The position numbers were made by a program, and so were the translations under genes. From NCBI GenBank assembly GCA_052387695.1, contig JBQTIX010000044.1, positions 54,620 to 118,619 on the forward strand: 64,000 bases of DNA, read 5' to 3'. Origin of the DNA: Panacagrimonas sp. Its GTDB lineage: Bacteria > Pseudomonadota > Gammaproteobacteria > Nevskiales > Nevskiaceae. This document shows, one piece after another, positions 45,637-54,565 of this stretch (position 1 is the first letter of the stretch; every line of letters starts with the position of its first letter). The notes below the pieces were generated by a model. That model was given only the letters and a program-made list of their open reading frames with translations, was not told the DNA's origin and did not search any database.

Positions 45637-45763
45637 GCGGTGGCACCTCATCTCCCGTTCCGCGCAGTGCAGAGGAACAGGTCCAGACGCACCTTTCTGG
45701 TGCGCGGACTGAACCATATCGGTTCGATAAACTCGCTCCACGTCGTCCACACCGGAGCTAGAG

Positions 45764-46933
45764 ATGAACGTCGAACCGTTTTCCGTCCACGTGCCTGAGG
45801 CGGTCCTGAACGATCTTCAGGAGCGGCTGGCACGCACGCGCTGGGCACCGGACTTCGCCAACGAGCGGTGGGCCTTCGGCACCGAGGCGGGGTATCTGCG
45901 CAGTCTCGTCGATCACTGGCGTACCGACTACGATTGGCGCAAGCACGAGTCGCTCATCAACGCGTGGCCGCAGTTCCGCACGAACATCGACGGCATGCCG
46001 ATCCACTTCATCCACGTGCGCGGCAAGGGGCCGAATCCGACGCCACTGATCGTCAATCACGGCTGGCCCTGGACGTTCTGGGATCTGCAAAAGCTGATCG
46101 GGCCGCTGTCCGATCCCGCCGCGTATGGCGGCGATCCAGCCGATGCCTTCGATGTCGTCGTGCCCTCCCTGCCCGGCTATGGTTTCTCCACCCCCCTGAC
46201 CAGGACGGGCCTCAATTTCTGGACCACGGCCGATGTGTGGGTGAAGCTGATGGAGGGCCTGGGCTATCCGCGTTTTGCGACTCAGGGCGGCGATTGGGGC
46301 GCTCTGATCTCGGCGCAGCTCGGACACAAGTACGCGGACCGCCTGATCGGCAATCACATCACGCTGATGCTGCCGCTGGACTTTCCGCAGACGCCTGAAA
46401 GCGGCCCGACACCGGCGGATTTTTCAGCGGACGAAGCCGCGTTTGGCGAACGCACGGCGCACTTCTTCGGCGCCGAAGCCGGCTACTACTTTCTGCAAAC
46501 CACCAAGCCGCAGACCCTGGCCTTCGCGCTCAACGATTCGCCGGTCGGGCTGCTGTCCTGGATTCTGGAAAAGCGCCGTACCTGGAGCGATTGCGACGGC
46601 GACGTCGAGCGTCGTTTCAGCAAAGACGATCTGCTGACCACGGTGATGATCTACTGGGTCACGCAGAGTTTTGGTACGTCCGCGCGCTATTACTACGAGG
46701 CGCTGCACCATGCCTGGAAGCCCTCGTTTCCCGGTTTTCCGGTGGTGCGCGCGCCAACCGGCATCGCGGTGTTCAAAAATGAAGTGATCCTGCAACCGCG
46801 CAAGTGGGCCGAGCGTTACTACAACCTCCAGCGCTGGACCGTGTTCGATTCCGGAGGGCACTTCGCGCCGATGGAAGAGCCGCAGATCATGATCGACGAC
46901 ATCCGCGCGTTCTTCCGATCGCTGTGCGGTTGA
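45764..46933 (+). CDS. Epoxide hydrolase (microsomal-EH-like alpha/beta hydrolase with N-terminal EH domain)
   Basis: Epoxide hydrolase N-terminal signature (…RLARTRWAPDFANERWAFGTEAGYLRSLVDHWRTDYDWRKHE…), oxyanion-hole HGWP, 389 aa. Confidence 0.85.
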   Translation: MNVEPFSVHVPEAVLNDLQERLARTRWAPDFANERWAFGTEAGYLRSLVDHWRTDYDWRKHESLINAWPQFRTNIDGMPIHFIHVRGKGPNPTPLIVNHGWPWTFWDLQKLIGPLSDPAAYGGDPADAFDVVVPSLPGYGFSTPLTRTGLNFWTTADVWVKLMEGLGYPRFATQGGDWGALISAQLGHKYADRLIGNHITLMLPLDFPQTPESGPTPADFSADEAAFGERTAHFFGAEAGYYFLQTTKPQTLAFALNDSPVGLLSWILEKRRTWSDCDGDVERRFSKDDLLTTVMIYWVTQSFGTSARYYYEALHHAWKPSFPGFPVVRAPTGIAVFKNEVILQPRKWAERYYNLQRWTVFDSGGHFAPMEEPQIMIDDIRAFFRSLCG

Positions 46934-47079
46934 GCAAACCCAGGGCGGGGATTGGGGACGCTCCGCGAACGCCGAAACTCGCCGGCAGGTCGGGTGAAAG
47001 TCGGGCGTAGATTGGCTCAAGGCCACGGCTTTTCGTGGCCGGAGCCGACATGCGCCGGTCGTCGTCGAGGGCGCGCAGT

Positions 47080-47118
47080 GTCGGTTCCGCCCGCATAAAG
47101 CTGCGGGCTTGAACCGAC
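47080..47118. repeat. REP-like palindromic unit GTCGGTTCCGCCCGC…GCGGGCTTGAACCGAC, third copy
   Basis: Same family as 38828-38951; located between convergent genes. Confidence 0.5.
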
Positions 47119-47161
47119 CTACATCTCTCGGTGAGATCAATCGAACCGGTGCAGACCTTCC

Positions 47162-47794
47162 CTACGCACAGAGCCTGACCGCCTTCTGGAACGCCGGTCG
47201 CGCCTCGATCCGGGCCAGGTAATCCCCGATCGCAGAAAAGCGCTCGATCGGCGCGTGGCCCTTCATGGCCGGAATCGCCTTGCCGTTGGCCAGGTGCAGG
47301 TCGTAGGCCACCAGGATGTCTGCGCCCGTGAGTTGCGCGCCGGCGACGTATTCGCTCTTCAACAGGGTCTTGTTGAGATAAGTGAACAAGGTCTCGTACT
47401 CGCCGTCGATGAAGCCCTTGAGTCCCGGCGCGTCGGTCTGCGTCATGCCGCACAGCAGGTCCATCAGGATGGGGAGCATCAGCGTCGACTCCGCCGCATG
47501 CATCCAGTGCTGGTAGGCCAGAAACTCGGCCGTTCCGGCGGCCGGACGCAGACGGCCGTTGCCGTACTTGTCGATCACGTAATCCACGATCGCGCCGGAC
47601 TCCGTGATGGTGTTCTCGCCGTCCTGGATCACCGGCGCCTTGCCCATCGGCGAGACCTTCCACAGCGACTCAGGTGAGCGGAACGTCTGCGGATTGCGTT
47701 CGTGGCGCACCAGTTCGTACTGCAGGCCGAGTTCTTCGGCGAGCCAGACGATGCGATCGGAACGGGACAGGACCAGATGATGAATCTTCAGCAT
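47162..47794 (-). CDS. Glutathione S-transferase
   Basis: MLKIHHLVLSRSDRIVWLAEELGLQYELVRHERNPQTFRSPESLWKVSPMGKAPVIQDG (thioredoxin-like GST N-domain) plus helical C-domain; 210 aa. Confidence 0.85.
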   Translation of the reverse strand: MLKIHHLVLSRSDRIVWLAEELGLQYELVRHERNPQTFRSPESLWKVSPMGKAPVIQDGENTITESGAIVDYVIDKYGNGRLRPAAGTAEFLAYQHWMHAAESTLMLPILMDLLCGMTQTDAPGLKGFIDGEYETLFTYLNKTLLKSEYVAGAQLTGADILVAYDLHLANGKAIPAMKGHAPIERFSAIGDYLARIEARPAFQKAVRLCA

Positions 47795-47902
47795 GCGACT
47801 CTCCTCGCGGGTGTTGGGGGCTGCGCGTTCTGTTGCCGCGCTGGTGAAAGTTAGCACGCCTCGCAGCGTGCCTCGAAGGGAGGTCAAGCCCCACGCAGCG
47901 TA

Positions 47903-48094
47903 GGTAGTGCATCAGTATGAAATCCGTTCGCACCGAGTAGCGCCATTGCGTAGCAATGCCGCGTATCGAGGTGCCGGGCGTGCCCTCGATGCGCGACGCT
48001 TCCCTCGATACGCCCGCTGCGCGGCTACTCGGGACGAACGGGCCGGCGCTACTCGGGCCGAACGGGGTTCTGGAATTCAAACTGATGCACTACC
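47903..48094. mobile_element. MITE-like element copy 3 (same orientation as copy 1), flanked by GCAGCGT(A/G) direct repeat
   Basis: ~95% identical to 527-712 including both termini. Confidence 0.75.
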
Positions 48095-48992
48095 GCAGCG
48101 TGCACTCCCGTGACACGGTTTCACGCAACAATTCGACCAGCCGCAGGCTGCCGGGGCCGGCCACATCGCGATCGGCAAAGATCACGTAGAGCGTGACGAT
48201 CCGCTCCTGCCCTTCGCGCAGCGGCAGCGGCTTGAGCGTGCCGGCGGCGAGCTCGTCGCGGATCTTGTCCTCCGGCAGCCAGGCGAATCCAAAACCCATG
48301 CGCGTGGCCTCGATCGACGTCGCCATATGGCTCACGGTCCAGCGCTGCTTGGAGTCGAGCGACAGCGGGGTGGCGTCCCGCCGGCTGCCCGAATCGCGCA
48401 CGACCAGGTGCCGGTGCGCGCGCAGGTCGGCGCGGCTCAAGGGCCGCTGGAGTTGATGCAAGGCGTGTTCGGGATGCGCCACCGCAAGAAAGCGCGTCTG
48501 CATCAGCGGATCGCCGAGAAAGCCCGGCGGGATGCGCGGCGAGATCGCGATGTCCGCTTCGCCCCTGAGCAGGGCTTCGGACGTGCCATCCAGCACCGAC
48601 TCGATCAGGTCGATGCGCGTATGCGGACTCTCCGCGCAGAAGCGGTCGAGCACGCGCAGCAACAGCCAGGTCGGAAAGATGATCTCGACCGCCAGGCGGA
48701 TCTGCGCCTCCCAGCCGGCCGACAGCGAACCCGCCGCGCGTTCCAGCCCTTCGGCCTCCTCCATCAGCGCCTTCGCGCGGCGGTACAGCAGTTGACCGGT
48801 CGGTGTCAGCACCGCCTTGCGTCCCTGCACCTCGAAGGCCGCCACGCCGAGCAGCGACTCGATCTTCTGCACCGCGTAGGTGATCGCGGACTGGCTCTTG
48901 TGCAGCGACTCCGCGGCCTGCGCGTAACCGCCGGCCTCGACCACGGCCATCAGCGCCCGCCATTGTTCGAGAGTGATGCGCGGTCCGCTCAT
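48090..48992 (-). CDS. LysR-family transcriptional regulator
   Basis: N-terminal HTH (ITLEQWRALMAVVEAGGYAQAAESLHKSQSAITYAVQKIE), 300 aa; divergent from the DoxX-pirin operon. Confidence 0.85.
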   Translation of the reverse strand: MSGPRITLEQWRALMAVVEAGGYAQAAESLHKSQSAITYAVQKIESLLGVAAFEVQGRKAVLTPTGQLLYRRAKALMEEAEGLERAAGSLSAGWEAQIRLAVEIIFPTWLLLRVLDRFCAESPHTRIDLIESVLDGTSEALLRGEADIAISPRIPPGFLGDPLMQTRFLAVAHPEHALHQLQRPLSRADLRAHRHLVVRDSGSRRDATPLSLDSKQRWTVSHMATSIEATRMGFGFAWLPEDKIRDELAAGTLKPLPLREGQERIVTLYVIFADRDVAGPGSLRLVELLRETVSRECTLR

Positions 48993-49101
48993 TGATCGAA
49001 CGATTCGATGGGTTTGAGCCGAATATTGTGCTTTTTTATCCGCTCGTCGAGGACTTTAATAGATGCAGCTTCCACTCACCCACCCCTTCCGGAGTTTCCC
49101 G

Positions 49102-49485
49102 ATGACCTCTCTCCAGACACTCGCCGCACCCGCCGGCCGCGTCCTGCTCGCCGCGCTGTTCCTGCTCTCCGGTCTCGGCAAGCTCGGTGCGTATGCCGGC
49201 ACCGTCGCCTACATGGCCGCGATGGGCGTGCCGGGTGCGCTGCTGCCCCTGGTGATCGCGCTCGAAGTGCTCGGCGGGCTGGCCATCATCCTCGGCTGGC
49301 ACACGCGGCTCGTCGCCTTCCTGCTCGCCGGCTTCAGCCTGGTTTCGGCCGCACTGTTTCATCATGATTTCGCAGACCAGGTCCAGATGATCATGTTCCT
49401 CAAGAACGTTTCGATCGCCGGCGGCTTCCTGTTGCTGATCGCACACGGCGCCGGGGCCTGGAGCCTCGATGCCCGTCGCTCCTGA
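49102..49485 (+). CDS. DoxX-family membrane protein
   Basis: MTSLQTLAAPAGRVLLAALFLLSGLGKLGAYAGTVAYMAAMGVPGALLPLVIALEVLGGLAIILGW…. Confidence 0.75.
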   Translation: MTSLQTLAAPAGRVLLAALFLLSGLGKLGAYAGTVAYMAAMGVPGALLPLVIALEVLGGLAIILGWHTRLVAFLLAGFSLVSAALFHHDFADQVQMIMFLKNVSIAGGFLLLIAHGAGAWSLDARRS

Positions 49486-49516
49486 TCGAACACCCTTTCA
49501 AAAACTGGAGAACACC

Positions 49517-50404
49517 ATGAACACGCTCAACCGCTCACTCGCCCAGGTCATCCCTTCGGTCGCTACCTCCGACGGCGCCGGGGTCAAGCTGCGCCGCAGT
49601 ATCGGCAACCAGCGCGGCCTGTATCTCGATCCTTTCCTGATGCTCGACGAGTTCGGCACCGACCATCCGGGCGATTACATCGCCGGCTTCCCCTCGCACC
49701 CGCACCGTGGATTCGAGACCGTCACCTACATGCTCGATGGCCGCATGCAGCACCGCGACCATCTCGGCAACGTCGGCGATCTAGGCCCCGGCAGTGTGCA
49801 GTGGATGACGGCCGCACGCGGCGTGATCCACTCGGAGATGCCGATGCAGGAGAGCGGCCGCATGCGCGGCTTCCAGCTCTGGATCAACCTGCCGGCCGCC
49901 GAAAAGATGAAGCCCGCGGGCTATCGTGACCTCGCTGCGAGTGCGATTCCGGTGATCGCACTGCCAGGCGGTGGAAGCGTGAAAGTGATTGCTGGCACCG
50001 CCGAAGTCGCGGGCAATCTCGTCCGTGGCCCGATCAATGGACCGGACCAGCCTCTGAGCACGGACCCGCTGTATCTCGACGTGGAACTGGCCGCTGGCGC
50101 ACGCTTCGAACACACCGTCACGGCAGGGCACAACGCGTTCGCCTACGCCTACGAAGGCAGCATCGTCATCGGCGAAGGTGAATCCGCCAAGCCGCTGCCG
50201 ACTCAGGCCGCCGGCATCCTGGGACCCGGCGATGGCGTCGTGATCACCGCCGGACCGCAGGGCGCGCGCCTGATCCTGCTCGCCGGCAAGCCGCTGCGCG
50301 AACCGATCGTGCAGTACGGGCCGTTCGTGATGAATACGCGCGAGGAGATCGAGCAGGCGGTTCGGGATTATCAGAGTGGGGAGCTGACGAAGGTCGCTGC
50401 GTGA
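49517..50404 (+). CDS. Pirin-family protein (quercetinase-like cupin)
   Basis: …FPSHPHRGFETVTYMLDGRMQHRDHLGN… metal-binding His/Glu motif of pirins; 295 aa. Confidence 0.85.
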   Translation: MNTLNRSLAQVIPSVATSDGAGVKLRRSIGNQRGLYLDPFLMLDEFGTDHPGDYIAGFPSHPHRGFETVTYMLDGRMQHRDHLGNVGDLGPGSVQWMTAARGVIHSEMPMQESGRMRGFQLWINLPAAEKMKPAGYRDLAASAIPVIALPGGGSVKVIAGTAEVAGNLVRGPINGPDQPLSTDPLYLDVELAAGARFEHTVTAGHNAFAYAYEGSIVIGEGESAKPLPTQAAGILGPGDGVVITAGPQGARLILLAGKPLREPIVQYGPFVMNTREEIEQAVRDYQSGELTKVAA

Positions 50405-50545
50405 GAATGGCGTAGCGACGTAGACAAGGGTGGGCCAGCGCGCCGCCTCCCCGTAGGGCGCATTCATGCGCCCTACGGCGGGATCACCCGAATTCGACCG
50501 CGTCCACTGTCGCATCACAATGCGATCCTGACGAGGAGAACCATC

Positions 50546-52189
50546 ATGCTGATGTCCGCACAGGAATACCGCGAATCGCTGCGCGCCTATCGCCCCGTGG
50601 TCTACGTCGATGGCCGCAGGATCGAATCGGTGGCGGACGAGGCTGCACTGCAACCCGGCGTTCGCGCTGTCGGCCTCACCTACGACTACGCGCATCGCGC
50701 GGACGTGGCGCCGCTGATGACCGCGGTACAGAACACCACCGGCAAGACCGTCAACCGCTTCACCCACATCGGAACCAGCAGCGGCGATCTGCTCAACAAG
50801 CTGGAAGCCACGCGCCTGGTCTGCCAGGAAACCGGCTGCGCGCAGCGGTATCTTACTTACGATGCGATGAACGCCATCGGCCAGGTCTGCGCGCGCATCG
50901 ACGACGCCAAGGGCACACGCGAACACCGCCAGCGCTTCGACGCTTATCTGTCTGAAGTCCAGGACCGTGATCTCACCCTGGGCGTGGCGATGACCGACGC
51001 CAAGGGCGATCGCAGCAAGCGCCCGCACCAGCAGGGCAACGCCGATACCTACGTGCACGTGGTCAGCCGGAACGCGAAAGGCGTCGTGATCTCCGGTACC
51101 AAGGCCATCGTCACCGGCGCCCCGTACATGCACGAACTGCTGGTCATGCCCTGCCGCAACATGAGCGAGGAGGATGCGGCCTTCGCGATGTGCTGCGCGG
51201 TGCCGCTCGACGCCAAGGGCCTGACCATCGTCGCACGGCCCGCCGGCCGGCCGGGCGAAAAGGCCGCGCTGTTCTCCAACCGTTACGGTCAATCCACCGG
51301 CGTCTGCATCTTCGAAAACGTGTTCGTGCCCTGGGAGCGCGTGTTCTTCGCTGGCGAGTGGGAGCATTCCGGCTTTCTCACCTACCAGTACGCCACGCAC
51401 CACCGGCATACCTGCATCGGCGCACGAGCGGGCTTCGGCGATCTGCTGATCGGCGCCGGCGCGCTGATGTGCGAGGCCAATGGGTTCGATCCGGAAAAGG
51501 AAACGCATCTGCGCGAGCAGATGGTCGATCTGATCAAGATCACCGAGGGCTTCTATGCCTGCGGCGTCGCCGCCTCCGTCTATGGCGCGGCCGACGCGTT
51601 GAACGGCACCTTCGTGCCCGACCCGGTGTTCGCCAATATCGGCAAACTGCTGCTCGCCACCCAGATTTACGACATGCAGCGCATCGCGCACTACGTCTCG
51701 GGCGGTCTGATCGTGACCCTGCCCGGCCCGGACGAGGACCACAATCCGGCGACGGCCGCGACGCTCGCCGAGGTGCTGCGCGCCAACCCCGACGTGCCTT
51801 ACGACAAGCGCATCCAGACCGCGCGCTTTATCGAGGATCTCACCGCTTCGTACCAGGGCGGCTGGTATTCGGTGATCAGCCTGCACGGCGGGGGCTCGCC
51901 TGCCGCGATGAAGCAGGAGATTTACCGGCACTACCCCGTGGGCGACAAGGTTGCCCTGGTGGAGCGCCTGCTGGACCGCGGCGTGCTCGCCGACACAAGC
52001 CGCTCCATCACGCGCAACCGCCAGCCAGGGAAGTGCTGCGCCAAGGGCTGCGCGGAACCCGGAAAATCCATCATGGAGCCTTTGCCGAAACCGGTTACGG
52101 ACGCGACCTCACCGGATATTCCGCGGAAGAAATTGAAAGCGCCCAGCAAAACCTCTCCCGCCCCAAAAACGAGGCGACCCCGGAGTTGA
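50546..52189 (+). CDS. 4-hydroxybutyryl-CoA dehydratase / vinylacetyl-CoA isomerase family protein (AbfD-like), with a ~50-aa Lys/Pro-rich C-terminal extension
   Basis: N-terminus MLMSAQEYRESLRAYRPVVYVDGRRIE closely parallels Clostridium AbfD MLMTAEQYIESLRKL…; conserved HTCIGARAGFGDLLIGA and HGGGSP segments. Confidence 0.8.
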   Translation: MLMSAQEYRESLRAYRPVVYVDGRRIESVADEAALQPGVRAVGLTYDYAHRADVAPLMTAVQNTTGKTVNRFTHIGTSSGDLLNKLEATRLVCQETGCAQRYLTYDAMNAIGQVCARIDDAKGTREHRQRFDAYLSEVQDRDLTLGVAMTDAKGDRSKRPHQQGNADTYVHVVSRNAKGVVISGTKAIVTGAPYMHELLVMPCRNMSEEDAAFAMCCAVPLDAKGLTIVARPAGRPGEKAALFSNRYGQSTGVCIFENVFVPWERVFFAGEWEHSGFLTYQYATHHRHTCIGARAGFGDLLIGAGALMCEANGFDPEKETHLREQMVDLIKITEGFYACGVAASVYGAADALNGTFVPDPVFANIGKLLLATQIYDMQRIAHYVSGGLIVTLPGPDEDHNPATAATLAEVLRANPDVPYDKRIQTARFIEDLTASYQGGWYSVISLHGGGSPAAMKQEIYRHYPVGDKVALVERLLDRGVLADTSRSITRNRQPGKCCAKGCAEPGKSIMEPLPKPVTDATSPDIPRKKLKAPSKTSPAPKTRRPRS

Positions 52190-52450
52190 GCGCCAGCAGG
52201 ACTGCCAGGATGGGTGCATCGGCGATTTCGCCCGGCGTTTTCGCAGGTGCGGCGATGACCGCAAACAGTGCCGCCAATCGCAAGTGCATTGGCTCATTGC
52301 AGCTTGCGCGCTGTGGGTGACGTGTCCCCGTAATCCCGCGATGTATGCCTGAGCTGTGCGAACTGGACCGCGCCGCGCCCACGCGGTGATGACCGGAAAT
52401 ACAAAGGGCCGCACGAAGCGGCCCTTTGGTGAAACCTGTGACAGGAGCGC

Positions 52451-53233
52451 TTACAGCTCGAAGGTCTTCTTCAGGCTGATGATGGCCTTGGGGCCGTCGT
52501 CATCGAACGACACGGTGCCGAACCCGTCGCCCTCTTCGAACGAGGTGGCGTAAATGCCCAACGCCATCGCAAAGCCGTTGTCGAGCGTCTTGGTGACCGA
52601 GATGCTGTAGTCCTCGTAGCCGTCCTCGCCGTCCGCGCTCCAGGCTACTTCGGCACCGTCGCCGCTGGTGAATCCGGCTTGCAGACCCAGGGTCAGGGTC
52701 TCGGACAGCGGGAAGTTCGCGAGCAGATTCACGTACAGCGCGTCGGTGTCCTTATCGAGCGCATCGGCGAAGAACTCGTTGAAGTCGCCAAGATAGTCTT
52801 CCGTGTAGTAAACCTGTACTGCGAAATAACTGATCGATGCCTTGGCATAGACCTCCCAGTAATCGGCATCGGTCGGGATGTTGTCGGCGCCCGGATCCAG
52901 GTCTTCCTCGTCTTCGGAAAAGACGTAGTAGATCGCGCCGAAGTCGAGTCCCAACCCTCCCACCTTGAATCCGTAACCGGCATAGAGGTCGATTTCCGTG
53001 GCGCCCGCAGCAGCCGCGCCGCCAGTGTTCGAGACCCAGGTGCCGCCATACAGACCCGAGTCGGCTGCGTAATCGAGACCACCCTGAACAGCCGCACCGC
53101 TGGAAGACTCGATTCCTCGGAAAACGTACTCGCTGAACACGCCCACGTTGCCAGTTGCGCCAGCAAAGGCTGCCGGACTGGCCAATGCACCCGCTCCGAC
53201 CATGGAAACCATCAACACACGCTTGAAGTTCAT
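52451..53233 (-). CDS. Outer-membrane beta-barrel protein (porin-like, acidic, C-terminal …TFEL)
   Basis: Signal peptide MNFKRVLMVSMVGAGALASPAAFA, alternating amphipathic strands, Gly/aromatic-rich, strong RBS. Confidence 0.6.
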   Translation of the reverse strand: MNFKRVLMVSMVGAGALASPAAFAGATGNVGVFSEYVFRGIESSSGAAVQGGLDYAADSGLYGGTWVSNTGGAAAAGATEIDLYAGYGFKVGGLGLDFGAIYYVFSEDEEDLDPGADNIPTDADYWEVYAKASISYFAVQVYYTEDYLGDFNEFFADALDKDTDALYVNLLANFPLSETLTLGLQAGFTSGDGAEVAWSADGEDGYEDYSISVTKTLDNGFAMALGIYATSFEEGDGFGTVSFDDDGPKAIISLKKTFEL

Positions 53234-53513
53234 AGCTCGATGCCTCTCCTGTTGAGGTACTGATTTAGGAATATCCACTCGGCGAACGGACTCCCCCGAT
53301 GGTTCACCGACCCTTCCCGCCATTTGGAGCCGGACCTTGAGATGGCCGACCCTTCACTTGCAGCGCGATGCCGGGCAAGCTCCGCGCGCTCCGACTGGCC
53401 TTAGCAAACACCATGCCGTTGGCCGTCAATGTGTTAGCAACCCACGCGACAAAAGATCAAAAGACCTTGACCGGATATAGCTGGGGTCAGGCTTCGGACC
53501 AGGAGCCCGGCAG

Positions 53514-54029
53514 TCAGACTCCACTGCTCTTGAGCATGGCCTCAACCGCGGCCTTGATCTCGTCGTCCGACAGGTCCGGGTTGCCGCCGCGTGCCGGCAT
53601 GGAATTCTTGCCCTTGATCGCAGACACGACCAGCCCATCCACTCCGCCGACCGCCGAAGCACGCGCAGACCATGCGGCACCGTCGCCGCTCTTCGGTGCG
53701 CCGAGCACGCCCGCCATGTGGCAGGCATTGCAGGCATTGGCGAGAACCTGTTCCGCTGTGTACGGCGCGCGGGCGGTCTTGGTGACCGCCACTTTCACCA
53801 GTGCGGCGGGGTCGGTGACGACGCGGGCCACCGGTTTGATGCGCTCTTCGAGCTTGACCAGGGCCTCGGGATCGGCGCCCTTGTCCGGAATGACGATCCG
53901 GGCGGCCACGATGCAGATGAAGAAGATCGCACCCAGCGCTGCGAGCACCAAGCCGAAATTGACGAAGAAAACCTGGTCGTGGTTCTTGTGTTCCAAGCGG
54001 AAGCCCCCTTTTACAACGACGTAAAACAT
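53514..54029 (-). CDS. Cytochrome c5-family c-type cytochrome, membrane-anchored
   Basis: N-terminal TM helix, haem-binding CNACHMAG and distal Met region (GKNSMPARGG). The ORF 53514-54299 upstream part is antisense to tRNA-Arg, so start set at ATG 54029. Confidence 0.75.
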   Translation of the reverse strand: MFYVVVKGGFRLEHKNHDQVFFVNFGLVLAALGAIFFICIVAARIVIPDKGADPEALVKLEERIKPVARVVTDPAALVKVAVTKTARAPYTAEQVLANACNACHMAGVLGAPKSGDGAAWSARASAVGGVDGLVVSAIKGKNSMPARGGNPDLSDDEIKAAVEAMLKSSGV

Positions 54030-54129
54030 CCCTTGCGACGCCCGCGAAGTATACCCGCTGGCATGCTTCGGTCTGCAACGCCCACCGAGACTGTGTAAGG
54101 CTCGCGGTGCGGCTACATTCTGATCGACA

Positions 54130-54190
54130 CGCCCGCAACTCAACTGGGTAGAGTACTGCCCTCCGAAGGCAATCGTCAGACGATTTCCCT
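54130..54190 (+). pseudogene. Partial tRNA-Arg-like copy (D-arm + anticodon arm with CCG anticodon) directly upstream of the intact tRNA-Arg(CCG)
   Basis: 54139-54171 (CTCAACTGGGTAGAGTACTGCCCTCCGAAGGCA) matches the intact gene's D/anticodon arms almost exactly. Acceptor and T arms are absent or replaced by an unrelated hairpin. Confidence 0.45.
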
Positions 54191-54212
54191 GCTGTAGAAT
54201 CAGCGCCCACAA

Positions 54213-54289
54213 GCGCCTGTAGCTCAGCTGGATAGAGTACTGCCCTCCGAAGGCAGTGGTCGGACGTTCGAATCGTCTCAGGCGCACCA
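54213..54289 (+). tRNA. tRNA-Arg (anticodon CCG)
   Basis: GCGCCTGTAGCTCAGCTGGATAGAGTACTGCCCTCCGAAGGCAGTGGTCGGACGTTCGAATCGTCTCAGGCGCACCA: canonical cloverleaf, 7-bp acceptor stem, encoded CCA. Confidence 0.9.
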
Positions 54290-54316
54290 AATCAAGCACT
54301 TAGGCCACTTTCGCCG

Positions 54317-54490
54317 GTGCCCAAGCCTCGCGGTGTCCATGTAGGGCAAAGGTCTTTCGAGCCCTCCGCATTTCTCCGTGCCCAAACGAGGGCGCTGGTC
54401 GCGGTGCCCGTCCGGTGCCCAAATCGTGCCCACGCGGTGCCCAAATCGGGTTGGCCTTCGCGCCAAATGACGACTGCTCACCCGTGCCCA
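54317..54490. promoter_or_regulatory. Array of 7 direct repeats of GTGCCCA(A); four consecutive copies phased at exactly 11 bp (54404, 54415, 54426, 54437)
   Basis: Read directly. Lies between tRNA-Arg (+) and the 3' end of the HEPN-like gene (-). Confidence 0.5.
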
Positions 54491-54565
54491 AAGCTGGGCG
54501 AAAAACATCCGTAGGGCGAACCGGCAATCGCTCGCCGAACGCCACGAGGCGCGGGTTGCGGCCCG

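Noticed and set aside
46940-47040. GGCCACGgcttttCGTGGCC hairpin after the epoxide hydrolase gene as an intrinsic terminator
   Set aside because: Stem is adequate but no downstream U-run; left unlabelled.
53514-54299. Upstream 90 codons of ORF 53514-54299 (-)
   Set aside because: This part is the reverse complement of tRNA-Arg(CCG) and its partial copy (encodes …AFGGQYSIQLSY… twice). The cytochrome c5 gene starts at ATG 54029.
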